Of a DNA stretch of 58,903 bases, positions 23,343-36,745 are shown piece by piece (the first letter of the stretch is position 1; each line of letters starts with the position of its first letter). Source of the DNA: Ministeria vibrans ATCC 50519 (Eukaryota > Protista > Filasterea); the NCBI GenBank assembly GCA_943704425.1, contig CALSCP010000713.1, forward strand, positions 1-58,903, written 5' to 3'. A program made the position numbers and the translations under genes. A model generated the notes under the pieces. That model was not told where the DNA came from, made no database searches, and saw only the letters and a list, made by a program, of their open reading frames with translations.

Positions 23343-24603
23343 ATGTCGGACCCTGTTCGTATTTTGAGGTTCAAGCGTCGTCGTGATGAACCGTCGTTGG
23401 GCGAACTTGGTAAGGGCCTTTTTTTTTTACGTTTTTCGATTTGTCCGATTTGCAACTGAGTGAAACATTCCCTTGATAGTGGTTGGAGGAGGGGACCTGG
23501 AGGGCCAGGGCACTGATGAACTCAATGGAGCGCCTAGAATGAAGCGTGCCAAGCCCGACGCGGCGGTCCTGTCGGCTCCCACAGCACGTACGCCGCCGTT
23601 GTCGCGTTTGAAACTGTATTTGAATGTGACACGCGCCTTGTGTGTTGCCTGTAGCCAAACGAGTGTTCTGCTTTGCCGCAACTCTTGAGGTGAAGGATGC
23701 CACGAATAAAGTGGTCTTGGCGGGAATATCGAGCAAACGAAAGCCCGGAGAAGGCGGTGTGAAGGCGATGCTGGCGGCGTCGGCGAAACGGACGCGCGAC
23801 GAACGGACGGACACGCGACGACGGCGGTTGTTTGCACGGATGCTCGACGACGACGACGAGGCCGACGACGAGGCCGACGCCGATGACGACGACGACGGGG
23901 AGGAAGAGGGGGCGCAGGGTGCGGCTGGGGCGAGCGCCACGAAGAAGGGGACGGCAGGGCAGGAGGAAGACGCCTTGAGGGTGTTTGAGGTGACAACGTC
24001 GGCGCCGCGCGCGAAACAGCAACGTCTCACGTGCAATGGGGTACCCGTGATTCGGGAGTATGCCAAAGTTATGGAAGGTAGCGTCGATGTCGATGCGAAA
24101 GGCAAAATGCAAAATGAGTATCGCTGAAGTCCGGATGTGTGTTGCAGAGAAGCGACAGGAGGCGGAGACCGACTATGTCTATGATGTGTACTATGAGGCA
24201 AACGAGGCACTCGACAGTGAGGACGAGGACAAGTACGACTGAGGCGGAACTAAATATACATTGCCGCCGTGTGTGTTGAAGACGTTCCCGTAGTGTTCCC
24301 GTCGTCAACTTTGATGAGGATCTTGTTGTTGAGGACGAATACAACGACGAGCAGCGACTGTTCGAGCTGAGCGATGATTCAAACGAAGAGGATAACTGGC
24401 GGAACGACTACCCGTCGGAGCGGACACTGCAGACGTGGGGTATCACATTGCCGGAGGGGGTGTTTGACAGCGACGACGAAGGGCGTCGTGAGGACAGTGA
24501 GGACGACGATGAGGACGAGTGGGATCCGCAGTACGGAATGGCCAATGGGATCGACAGCGACGATGATATTGAGCATGAGGTGGTGGGCCGTCGCGTGTGG
24601 TAG
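23343..24603 (+). CDS. SLC7A6OS: Iwr1/SLC7A6OS RNA polymerase II nuclear import factor, multi-exon
   Basis: N-terminal ILRFKRRRDEP, DYVYDVYY and DDSNEEDNWRNDYPSE motifs. Confidence 0.85.
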
Positions 24604-24675
24604 AAGATGCGGGCGTATGTGTATAGAGAATGTGTGGCAGAGGTGTATTACAGAGAATGGTATGTCTTCCATTTG

Positions 24676-27600
24676 TCAAACGAGAGACTGGTTGACAGTC
24701 TCGTCGAGATACGACCCAGTGCCATTATCAAACGACTCGGAACGTGTCAGTGTGACGGGAACGCGCGCGTTGATTAAGCGCGGTGTGCCAGGCTAGAACA
24801 CGAAGGAGAAAAAAAAAACAAAAAAAAGAGTAAGAACGAGACTTTCAAGTGGTGGGGAAAACATACGGCAAAGGCAGCGGAAGAGTGCTCAAAGGCACCG
24901 GTGGGGCGAGACTTGCGGCGCCCAGGGGGTTCCTTGAAGAGCAGGATGACGTTCTTGACGGCACAGCCGAGCTCGGCAGTGACGTGTGCGGACGCAGGGT
25001 AGACGGTGAGGCCCGGGTGGATGAGGAAAGGGGCGTCCTGGGGAACGGAGGAGCCGCGGAGGCGGATGCGGCCACGCAGGAGCAGGCCCCAGTGAGGGAT
25101 GGAAAGGGGTGCATCGATATCGGCATACTCATATCCCTTGTGCAGCTCTGCCGTGTGCAGCATGCGCGCCACGTCGTCGAAGCTGCGTCCAAACGCTCGC
25201 ATAAGATCCGTCGTCAGCTCAAAAGCAAGCACCAGTCGGCCCACCGCACGCCACAGCTCCACTTCAACTTCAAAGCACGTCCGTCGCAGTGTCTTCAAAC
25301 TACAGAAGAGGGGGGGGGNNNNNNNNNNGGGGGGGGTCAGGTGAGTAAAATAGAGAACTGGGCATCATTGGTGCGTACTCGCTGCGGTTGAGGCGAAGAG
25401 CACGAACGGGCGTGGAGACGACGTTCTTCTCGACTAGACGGTTCTTGGTGAGGAAGCTGGTGAGGTTGATAAGGGCACCGGGACCGCCAAAAAAAGTGTG
25501 CTCAAGCTTGGCGGAGGGCGTGAGGGAAATGTCGTCAGCAGGGCTGTGTGCGTCGGCATAGGCGACAGGGTCGTCGTCAAAGTCATGGGACATGGAGGAG
25601 CGCACGGAGGATGGGACGGTTGTGTCGCGACGGTGTTGGTTGTGGTGTAGGGTCGACAGCGGAATCAACTCGCCCGTCGACCTGTCGCGATGAAACTGTC
25701 GTTCGGCCGACGTCGACGGATGGTCACGCAGTGTTCCTTGGTCCGTCACTCCTTCCGATGGCCCAATGCACCGTTTGCTTCCCCTACACAAAACACCACA
25801 ACACACCACAACACATAGGCCCAAGTTAGATGGAAGGATGTGACTTTGACGAGCATACCCGTGTTTCTTGGCAAAGAAGGTGCGCTCAAGTCGTCCGTGG
25901 ATGATGATGTACAACTCACCGTCCCGGTCAAGAACGCCCCTAGCAAAAAAAAAAAAGAAAAAAAGCATTACGATTAAAAACGAGAGTCAGACAGAAACAG
26001 TATAAGCAGTTGCGTACTTTTCGGCGGTGGACTTGTCGAGGTAGACAGTGCGGTCGGCAAGGGAACCACCAAGGCGGGCCTCAAGGGCAGCGAGGATGGC
26101 GCGATTATGGTCTACGCCGGGCGGAGCCTCGATGTGAAGGGAGTCAATGAAGGCACGGATAAAGGGCACGTGCGAGAGTACGCTGGCAAGCGAGTCGACC
26201 TGGTGGTGAAACGACGTCGTGGGCAGGAATGACTCGTGCACATAGATGCCGTACTGCTTGTGGCGTACCACCGCCAGCAACTCGTCCGTCTCCTTCGCCT
26301 CCAACACACCCTCTTCGCCAAAACGCTTGACGCTCTCGGCAAGTTCGTTGAGGACCTTCCATGAGGCATGACGCGTCTGCACAAGCGAACCCAGCCCATC
26401 TTCAAACGACAGCGTCACCTGCAGTGCCTCACGCGCATCCTTCAGACTCCCATCAACCTCGTCGCGCACTTCGTGGGCGGCGCGCGTCGTCAACGAGTCG
26501 CCGTGACGCTCAATGAGCGACTCAATCACCTGATAGCGCAGTTCGGTATGGGCCGCAATGAAACTGTTGGCAATCTCAAAGGCAAGCACAAGATTCTCAA
26601 AGGTCACAAGCTCGGCCCACCAACGCAGACCAGGAATGCGCCGTAGCACGCGCGCCCACGACGGCTGGGGCTGCCGGAACAGACGACCCAGATGCTACAT
26701 ATAATATAAAATTATGTAAAACAATACGGAAAGAAAATGAATAAAATAATTATCGCGCTAAAGAGGTATGTTGGGTCGTTACGTCGTCTTTGCTAAAGTC
26801 ACAGAGTGGATCGCTGGGGTCGCGATCGAGAGCAATGTCGACGGCAGCAACGAGGTGGGAAAAGGCGCGGAAGGACACGGTGCCGTCGCCATGGTAGGCG
26901 GCATAGCGCTTGCGGAGGGCCAGGAGGAAGGCCTTGCGCAGCTCATTGCGGATGTCGGCTTGAGAGCAGCCGCACACCTGCATGTTAGACTGGTGCGTGC
27001 GCGAGGACGCAAGAAAGCCTGCGCGACGACGACGCAGCTCTGAGGCATCTCCCGGATTGGCACTCTGAGGGTCATCGGTCGCTGGCAAGGTGGCAGTAGG
27101 CTTGTGGCAGCACACGCAGAGGGCCCACGCACTGAGGCTGGTACGGTTGCCGCGCTTGCGCTCCTTCTCCTTGCGTGCAAACTCAAAGGAGTGCAGTGAG
27201 GTCTGGCGCGCAACCTCGGCCCAATCGGCGCCGTCATAAAAGGTGTTGCGGCGGGTCTCGGTGATAAGGTCGGCGTGGATGTGCTGGACCTCCTCCTTGA
27301 CATGGTCAAGCAGCGACAGACGCGCCGGAGTCATTTCGTTCATCTTGAGAGCCGCCAGCAGCGGGGTCATGGTCGTGGCGTTGATAAGCAGCGTGAGCAC
27401 AACCACACCACTGACGAGGAAGAGCACTCGCGTGGAAATGGTGTCGTCCACTTGTGCATTAAGATCGACAATAAGAGCGAGAGCTAGGCCGATGGCACCG
27501 CGCAGACCGCCCCAAGACGCCACAATGCCTTCACGCACGCTTACCGGGTAGCCGCCCATGCGGTTGATGAGCGGACGCAGTGTGAACATCATCAAGAACC

Positions 27601-28968
27601 GGAATATCTGAGAGAAAGATAAAGAGCGAACGAGAGAGAAAGAGAGAGAGAAAGAGGAGGCAAAAAGGAAACAAACAGGAGACAAAGAAACAGCGTGATG
27701 CAGAGAGGAAGAAACAAAACAGAGTGAAAGAGGTGTGTGTGTGTGAGTGAGAAGATGACATGGAAAAGTAAAAATAAATACTTGAAGAAAGACAAAGATC
27801 ATGACGAGATTTCCCCAGTCACGTCCTTGAATGTGCGCTGCGTAAAAGAGCCGACCCGTAATGATAATGCCCGAGAAGACAAAAATGAGCGAGTTCGCAA
27901 TCCAGCCAATCATCTCCCAGACCACTTCGACGTGCTCTTCGATGGCGCGCGAGCTAAACTTCTTGCGCCCAAATGACGAGAAGACGACACCCACCGTGAC
28001 CACAGTCAGGACTCCCGAAAAGTGCAGTCCTACAAATTGCATTGTCGAAGAAGCGTCAAAAGACACAAACCGAAAAAAAAAATATGGCTTGAGAGGAAAC
28101 GTACCGGTTGCTTCGGCAACAAAGAAGGCAAGGTAGGGCAGGACAATGGTGATGATAGTTTCCAGGATGCTGTCCATGAATACAATGGCGACAAAGAGCG
28201 AGCCCACAATGCCAAAGGCGAGACCCAGAGCAAACGCACCGCCTGTCAGGCGCAGCAGCATCACAACAATTTCGCCGCCCGAACGCAAGTTTTCGCCTGT
28301 GACAAAGTCGAGGACAACGAGAAAGGCAACAAATGCCGAGCCGTCGTTGAGGAGCGACTCGCCTTCGATGAGGGTCGACAGCTGAACGCTCGCGCCAAGT
28401 TCGCGCAAGAGGGCCACAACAGCGACGGGATCTGTGGCACTGAGGATGGAGCCGAGGAGAAAGGCCGTGGGCCACGACCAGCTGTAGTCAAAGAGGTAGT
28501 AGGCGACCAGGGCAACAAGGCCCATCTGCATGGCGACGCCGACAAAGGCGAGGGTCAACGCCTGTGGCAGCATTTTCAAGAAGACATGGGTGTTGATGCT
28601 GAAGGCAGACTCAAATACAAGCGCAGGAACGAACACAAAAAGGATAATGTCGGGGTGCAGCGTGTCGATGCTAGTGAAGCCAGCGTCAAGGATGCCGTCG
28701 TTGCCCTGGAATGAGCGGGAGAGAGGGAGCGGGTGAGTGAGGGCGGAAAAGGGCATGACTGTACCGAAGCATGCCACACGCCAAACAGCATGCCGACGCA
28801 CAAAAGGAGGCCGGTGAAGGGGATGGGGATAAAGCGCTTGATCGCCCTGAAGGACTGCAGCCAGCGGACGATGCCGGCGCTGGCAAGGCACAGGAAGAGC
28901 ACCAGCACCACATAGTGGCCGGTGAAGTGCTCGTCGGAATGCGGAGTCGGCGAAGTGCTGTTTGTCAT
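24676..28968 (-). CDS. SOS1/NHX7-type CPA1 Na+/H+ antiporter with long cytosolic tail and cyclic-nucleotide-binding-like regions, multi-exon
   Basis: ILFVFVPALVFESA, LGSILSATDPVAVVALL, LIEGESLLNDG, SWGGLRGAIGLALAL, LLINATT; tail EIANSFIAAH and GELYIIIHG. Confidence 0.88.
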
Positions 28969-29148
28969 GGCGAGAGGACACGGCGACTGGACAACTGGGA
29001 CCACTGCGCGCGTCTCTGTGTGTGCGCGGTGTGTCCAGCGCAAGGTGTGAACCAACGATCAAAAACTTTGAACTTTGAAAGAGATAAGAATTTGATTTTT
29101 AGTTTTTACTTTTTACCTTGACACTATTCTCGCACTATTTGCTAGATA

Positions 29149-31552
29149 ATGTGGCGGCAGCTCTCCTTAATAGTGTGTCTCCTTCTTGGAGGGCTTGTGG
29201 GCACGGCCGTTCGCTTTTATGCGCATCAGCAGTGTTCGGAGGTGAACGGCTGTGGAGTCCACCTGAGCCTGGCTCAGTCGCTGGACCGCATGTCCGAACT
29301 TGCCTACGAGAAGATGCGCGAGGGTACGGCGTGTGTATGCTGTGGGGGAGTGGGCGTGTTGGGCACGGCACTCGCGACAAGTGGTTTTGACAAGCTGTCA
29401 AACAATGGCAAATGACACCGGCCCCTTCCTTCCTTCCTCACCCTAACCCAGGCAACGCATACACGGGCTTTCAAGTATCGAAAGGCTGGGAGCCTGAAAT
29501 TCTGACGGAGCTGCCCAACACGACGTACTTTCTGGAGGTATGGTGCGCACACTGTCGCTCTGAGGGCCTCTGATGCATTGCGTCTCTTCCCTTTCCTTCT
29601 CTGCCCTTTCCCTCCACAGCGATTTGTACGGCGGCGCGAGCCAGTGATATTTCGACTTGGCGACGGAGGATTCAAGAAGCATTTGGGATGGAGAACAGAG
29701 TTGTGGAAGAACCCGCAGTATTTGATGAATGTGAGTGCTGTGTGTTGAGACGGGTTGTGAGCAGTGTGACTGACACGCGTACGCCTTGCTGTAGCACACG
29801 GCCGATGAATTGGTTCACATTGAGTATCGGGCTGTACCTGGTGAGCAATATGCATTCTGTTGAGGAAACGCTTTATATTCATCCTGTTTCGGTCAGGTCG
29901 CGAAAAGGAGTTTCTGGATGCTCAAGAGGCGTTTGATGGCAAGGGCGAAATCGACTTTACGGTGGTGGACGGGACGGATGAGGACGACGCCCAACTCACT
30001 GCCATCAACGAAATGTATTCGGACGAAGCAGTGCGCACTTCGTTCGACAATCCGCTCAGTTCGCTCATCACCAGTGACCCGCGCTTTGCCAACCCAACGG
30101 AGCGCGTAGGCAAGTTTGGCTACGATCCACTGGGTATAGAAGACACCAAGCGTGTATTTCGGAAGCAGGCGCATGTGTGCTGACGGTCTGTATGTCCTGT
30201 GTTTGTGTGGTGTGTGTGTGTGTAGATGCGGGCAGTAGTGGCCATATGTTGGACTTTGGTTCGTATTTGGATCTGCTTCTGACGCGATATAATCGCGCCT
30301 TCTATCCATATCTCAACATGCAACTGTACGGAAGTGCCTACAATTATACGATGTGTAAGTAACGTGCGTATGTATTCCTAATAGGGGAGTGCATGAGAAG
30401 TGGTTTCGGCAGTCAGCGTCAAGCAAAGCCGTCCGCAAACACCCAGTGGTACGTCCGTGCCGCACACATGAGCTTCCTCTCGTGATTTTACACGACGCGT
30501 TATTACTTTAGTTGGCTGGCCCCGCTGCGCGTCTCTCGACCGACTATCACGTGCCTCCCTTTTACTCCGGGTCCTTTCTCACCCATCTGAATCAGGTCTA
30601 CTCCCCTCCCTTTTCTGTACATCTGAACGCTCACATCCCGTTTAGATTAACTTTTGGTTGGGCAGCACGTCTCCCAACCAGACGGCGGGTGCTGCGTCTG
30701 CCCGTACGCCCATTGCGTTCCCTATCAACCGTGTCCTCTGATGCTCTGTTTTTGTGTGTAGTGCACCGTGATGGAAAGGACAACCTGTATGCGGTTGTGT
30801 CGGGCCAGAAACGGGTATGACTAAATTACAGTGCTCGAGTCGAGTCTGACCATACCTTGACTATCTTGTGTGCAGTTCCTATTGTATTCGCCCGCAGACG
30901 CAGGCAAGGTGTATCTGCAAGGTCCGTTGTCTCCTTTCTGTCTTCCCTGTCGCTTCTGTTCTGTCCCCTTTTTCATTTTCTCCCTCTGCTACTTTGCGCC
31001 TTTCTCCTTCTCTCTTTTGTCGTTTTGTCTCTATCACTTTGCCATCACGTTGTTGTTTTTCTCCCTTCTTTTCTATCTTTCTGTTTTCGCTTCCTTTCCT
31101 GTCTACTTTTTTAAAAACGTTTTCTGCCTGTCTGACACAGCCTGTACTTGAACCTTGGTAGGAAACCACAAGCACACTTCTCACTTAGGTCAGGTTTCAA
31201 TGAAAAGGGACTTTAATGGTGGAAATTTTGCCCGTAAGCACCTAAAAATGCGAGCGAGACATTTAAACATTGAGAGGGATTAACTATTTTGTGTGTGCGT
31301 CCAGGGACCGATCCGGACATTGCAGTGCCAGAAGAGCAGTTCCCGCTGTTCCACGAAGCGCGTCCGACGTATGCACACCTTCAGGCTGGCGATTTGTTCT
31401 ATCTTCCGACAGGCTGGTTCCATCTGGTGACGTCGACTGGGTTCCCTCACATGGCTCTCAACTTCTGGGCCCTGCCTCCGCTGGAGTGTCTGCGCGAGCA
31501 CCACTGCCCCCCGGCATGCACCGACCCTGTCTCTTGTCACCGAGGCTCCTGA
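29149..31552 (+). CDS. JmjC (cupin-like 8) 2-oxoglutarate hydroxylase with signal peptide/anchor, many exons
   Basis: MWRQLSLIVCLLLGGLVG; HRDGKDNLYAVVSGQKR, FLLYSP, LQAGDLFYLPTGWFHLV, MALNFW (HxD...H iron triad). Confidence 0.8.
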
Positions 31553-31646
31553 CCGCACTCCTTCATCACTTGCCCTATATACAACTATTTCTTCTTTTCA
31601 TTTCTCACTGTGTGTGTGTGTGTGTGTGGCATTGGTCCCCTCCTCT

Positions 31647-32750
31647 TCAGTCATCATCTTTCTTTTTGGATCCTGTTGAAAATTTGTCGCCCTTGGTCGA
31701 CACAACGCGACCTTGGAAGTAGCGCACACGCTCGTCGCGGTCGTGCTGGCCCACTCTCCGCGAATCAATCCGGCACGCTCTGGGCAAAGCATACAAACAA
31801 GTAAATTAATATGCTTCAAGTTTTCCTTTGGTCAGAATGTGAACTCCTACTTGGTCGTGGCATTTTCCTTTTCTTCTTGAAGACTGTATCGGTTGATAAT
31901 TTTGTTGCGGACTTCTTCGTCGAGCGTCGCCGTGTCGGTCGTGACAGTGGCTCGCGTCGGTTTACGCGGCACTTCACTTGGTAAATCTTCGGGTGCGTCC
32001 AGAAGGGTCGCCGCTGCCTGTTCTACGTCGCCCTGGGCACTGCGCAAGGTTCGAGCAACAAACCATCGGGGTAAATGAGGGTATAGTTGAGAGAGTGAGT
32101 CGACAGTGGCGGTGTCGACCGTCTCGCCTGTCTCCGCCTGCTGCTCGGACAGCTCTGACTCCGTGCGTGCTCGTCCTGCCAACGGATCTACGAGGGAGAT
32201 TGAGACACGAACGCAAAGAGGGAAGCTGTGTGCAACATCCATGCGGGACCACCTTCTGCGACGGCGTCCGCGGCAGGCGTTGTTGGCTGCGACGCAGTTG
32301 AACTTGACGCGAGCGAGAAGTGTCGGCGCATACTTTCGGCGACTGCTGACGCGTCAATGCACGCCGGCGCCTCCTCCTCGACCGCCTGGTTGTCTTTTAC
32401 AAGTTGAACAATCTTCGAGACCTCCTCGCGGTAGTTGGGAACCTGAGCGATCGAGCGAGCGAGAGAGAGAGAGAGAGTGAGTGAGTGGGTTTTGGCGCGC
32501 GAATCAAAACGACAGCACCTCCTCGAAGCCAGGAAGGTACGTGAGGAACATCTCGACGATCTCCTCCGAGTCAATCTCATCGTCTTCCGTGTCCTCAAGG
32601 AAGCTACAACAAGACGCATCAATCAGTTTATCAGAGAGTGTGCACTGGGCAAAAGACAAACGGATACTTTGCAAGATAGCTAAGGACTTCCTCGTCGACG
32701 TCAACACACGCCTCAAAGCGCTGAACGTATGATCCGATGACGCTGCTCAT
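31647..32750 (-). CDS. CUEDC2: CUE-domain protein 2-like, multi-exon
   Basis: VDEEVLSYL, EMFLTYLPGF, CUE LSQLYP..LRSAQGDVEQAAATLL, VRNKIINRYS, C-terminal VRYFQGRVVSTKGDKF. Confidence 0.8.
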
Positions 32751-32918
32751 ATCAGATCGGGGGAGACAAAACAGAAAATTATAAAGTCAAAACTGTGAAA
32801 CTCAATGTTTTGATTATTAATTGAGAATTTCAAATAATTTTCAATCACCACTACGTCGAACTCTCTGTCGGCTTGGACATTGTATAGCGCCAAACGTTTC
32901 TGATTGTGATTTCCTTCC

Positions 32919-35266
32919 ATGTCCGATCTGGACAGCCTGATTGACGACCTGCTTGCCTCGGAGAAGTCGGCGCAAGGCAACCATGACACTTCGTTTGGCC
33001 CCAGCGACGGCGATGACGGCGATACGGACCACACCGACGGCGATGACGACATTGAGGTGTCCGCTCCTCCGCCCGGCGTGGATGTCGCTGCCTTGCGAAA
33101 GTCGAATTCGGTACGAACTTGGCAGAGTGGCGGCTTTTTTGAATTTTGGTTTTCAAAATTAATACCCACACAACATAGACCAAAGCATTTCAAGCACCTC
33201 GAGTCGGGGCTCGCGAGAACTACGAACCTGTCAACGATGTACCGACGGCAAGGTCTGGAGGCTCGGCACGGTCGGCCTCAGTCGAAGAGGACGACTACGA
33301 CGACGACAACGACGATGTCCTTGGACTGTTGCACTTTGACGATGAGGCGCCGCCCACGGCTGCGACGCGCACGGTTGCACCGCAGCCACGCGCGTCGACG
33401 CAATCGAGTCTTGGTCGCCGTGGCAGTATTGTGGGGTCGACTGTGTCGCTCGAGGCGGGCGAGGACGCCGAAGGCGAGTTTGATGAGCAGTTTGAGGGTG
33501 GTGGGTACAACCCACTGGCGAGTTTTGGCGGTGGGAGTGCTGAGCCAACGACCACACGCGCACGTGCAGTGCATTTGGGTAGTCTGGATTTGTATGAGAA
33601 GGACGAACGACGAGAGACTCGCAAGGGCAATGCAACATCGTTTCCCTGGGAGCGCAGGGAGGTGACGGCAAAGCGGTCAACAGGCACATCCAACACGACT
33701 GTTGTCCTTTCGGGAGTGCCTCCGCAGCCAACGGAAGAGTCGGTGTACGTTGCAGGGACGGGTGTGTCATCGCCATTTCGCCATCGGTCGCCTCTGTCGG
33801 CCACAAGTGCGTCTCTTTCGGAGCGACTGTCACCGGACCACGAGCTGCCGGCAAACGCACGACCTGACACGTCTTTCGCCGCTGCTCCCTCCGCGGCCTC
33901 GTCTGCAGTGGCCGAAAGTAAAGGTGTGCGGTGCACCGGGGTGGCGTGTGAGTACCGCGAGACATTGGAACGCGAACGTGCGTCGTGGTCCGTCGAGCGG
34001 GAGTGTATGAATGTCGAGCGACAAGCGTGGGAGACGGAGCGACAACGACTGCAAGTTGAGCAGGAGACGGCTGTGGCGCAGGCACGTCGTCAAGAACAGG
34101 CACAACAGCAACAACAACAGATGCAGGGTGAGACATTACATGTGCTTGCGGACGATGTGCAGCGCAACGCAGCGCAACTGGGAGCGATGCGAGAACGACT
34201 GGAGAGTGTGCAGGAAGGGACGTTGCGCGAGCGAGAGGCGATGTTGGAGCGGCGGGAGCGACTGTTGGAGGAAGAGCAGGCAAGAGTAGAACAGCGTGCA
34301 CGTATGGTGGAAGATGAGATGCGTGCGGGGCGGGAGCAGCGGGCTCAGGCAGAGGGAGAGATGAGGGGAGTGCGCGAGAGAGGGGAGCGTATGCTGTTTG
34401 AGGCGCAGGCGATGATGGCCCGAGTCGAGGCAGATCGACGGACGTTTGACGAGACGATGCGGGTAGAGCGAAGTGCGCAGGCTGGGATAGTGGTGCGCGA
34501 GCGGGAGCAAATGGAGCGGGAGCGAGAACGGCTGCAGAAGGAGCGGGAGGAGTGGACGCGACTGCGAGCGAAACGAGAGGCAGAAGCGGCGATGGGGGAG
34601 GCACGCGGAGAGTCACAGCGCGAGGAGGAGCGCGTATTGGGGAACAAGCGACGCGAGGTGATGGAGTTGTTGGTGGAGCTGGATTCGCAGAGGGAAGAGC
34701 TGCGTCTCGAGAAGGAGACGCTGAAGAGCGAACAAGAGGAGTTTGTGCGACACTGTGGGGATTTAGCGGCACGCGCGGAGCAGATTGAGACGGCGCACGC
34801 AGAGGCAATGAGCTTCCGGGATGTGGGGGAGCAGGCGCTGCGGGAAGCCGAGGCAATGATGGCGGACGTGGTGGATGGTCAGCGGGTAGTGGAGCGGCTG
34901 CGGGCGGAGCTGCGAGGCAGGGAGGCCGAGGCAGCACGCGAACGCATTGAGCTGGCTCAGCGGCGCAAGGAGCTCGTGGAGGCGGAGGTTGCTGTAAAAC
35001 GAGGGCGACAGAGCCGGCAGCGACGCAGTGAGCTTGAGACAGACACGGAGGATGACGACAATGAAGACAGTGATGGAGGGGAGCTTGTGTTGAGACGCGG
35101 CGGAACAGCTGTGTGGGGGTACGATTATACGAGACTGAGTTAGTATTGACGTTGCGGTTTGACTAGGTCGCATCGTCGGGCGTTGATGCAGCTGCAGGAG
35201 GAGGTGCAGCAGGATGCGAGTGAGCTGCGCAATCAGGCTTTATACATTGAGTCGCTTGCCAATTAA
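32919..35266 (+). CDS. FBF1: Long coiled-coil protein resembling FBF1 (distal appendage/transition fibre); 3 exons
   Basis: Acidic disordered N-terminus (DLDSLIDDLL), ~350-aa E/R coiled coil, and terminal helix QEEVQQDASELRNQALYIESL resembling the FBF1 end. Coiled-coil similarity is weak evidence. Confidence 0.5.
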
Positions 35267-35600
35267 ATTATTATGGATACAAAAATCATTATTATAATAT
35301 TATTTTTATAATCCTTACGCGTTCGCCCGTAATATTTTTGTGATAATGTTGATAGGAAACGAGACGAGTGAATGATGTGTGGCACAGGCCACATGTTGTA
35401 CCATGCAGCAATGACTAATGCTGCGTGTACAAGTCGCCCACAGGATCATGATATTACTCAAAATCTGTGAGTTGGACAGACGGGAAAATGTCAGTCACAA
35501 CTTTAATTGGAAAAAATAATGTCTATTGTGACTTGTGAGTCAATTCACATTTCACAACTTTATTATTCTTTGTTTGCGTGATCCTGTCTACGAGTGAACA

Positions 35601-36305
35601 ATGGGCGGGAAGTGGTCGTCGCGCGATGACTCTGAAGACTGGCAGGAGCCCGAGGAGGTGCGTGGCACAGACGCACTGGTCGTCCGTCGACCTGACTGAC
35701 TTGCTCTGTCCTTTTGCAGCAACCCAAGGCGCCTCCTCCTCCTCCCCAAGTGCAACTGACTCCTGAAGAAATTGCCAAAGTAGATTGCTCCCTCCTTATC
35801 CTTCTCAAACCTCTCACACGATCTCCTTCTTTCTTTTTTTTTTTTTTTTTTTTTTTTTTTGTCTCGATGCACAGAACAAAATTGAGACACTCTCGACGCG
35901 AGCAGACGACATTGTAGGGCAGGTTGATGTGTGGAGAAAGAGGGTGGACGAGCTTGGCGATGAGTTGACGGAGAAAGAGCTAAGATCAGGGTATGGCGCG
36001 TAGAGAGTGAGTGTGTGAGTGGGTCAGTGGGTAGTGCAGAGTGAGTGGGTGTGAGTGGGTGGGTGTCACCGCCTGATCATCTGTCTCGCGTTCGACCATT
36101 AGTGTGCTACTGACACACTACATGATTGTGTAGGCTGCAGTATAAGGATCAGCTTGAGGGGCTGCTGTGCAAATTGGACGCGGTGGACACAGACGAGCAG
36201 GAGATCCGTGCGCAGCGCAAGCAGGTGGTTGTGCGCGTGAACAAGCTGCTCGACAAAGAAGTTGATCCGACGCTTGCCATGGTGCAGGGCAAGGTTTCTC
36301 TCTAG
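35601..36305 (+). CDS. BAG-domain protein with N-myristoylation motif; 4 exons
   Basis: MGGKWSS start; last exon QLEGLLCKLDAVDTDEQEIRAQRKQVVVRVNKLLD fits BAG helices 2-3; frame kept across three GT-AG introns. Confidence 0.8.
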
Positions 36306-36372
36306 AACCAGCCTCGTAATAATAGTATTGTTTTGTACACTAAAGACATCTTTTTTGCTTCTGTTTCCCCTC

Positions 36373-36403
<31 letters not shown>

Positions 36404-36625
36404 GCATATTGTGAATGATCACTGATCTGAGTGATCTTCATTATCCAATGACGAACCAGTAGGTCAGTAGTCCAGTACCAAACGTGAGAGCTTTTCGGGA
36501 CACTTCAAGACAGAGTTCATAGTTATTATGTGGTTAATATGATTGTTCCATCTCGTTTCATCATCTTCACTTCTTAAGTTCATAAGTAAATCATAACTCA
36601 CATTTAGTCATATATTATATTCTGT

Positions 36626-36714
36626 ATGGAGTGCGACGATGATGAAGTTCCCTTTGGAATGGGAGTCGACCCTGTTCACGTACGCATCGTGCGTTGTTTT
36701 CAATGGTGTTTCCT

Positions 36715-36745
<31 letters not shown>

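Noticed and set aside
35601-35620. MGGKWS identical to the HIV Nef N-terminus
   Set aside because: Convergence on the myristoylation consensus; nothing else is viral.
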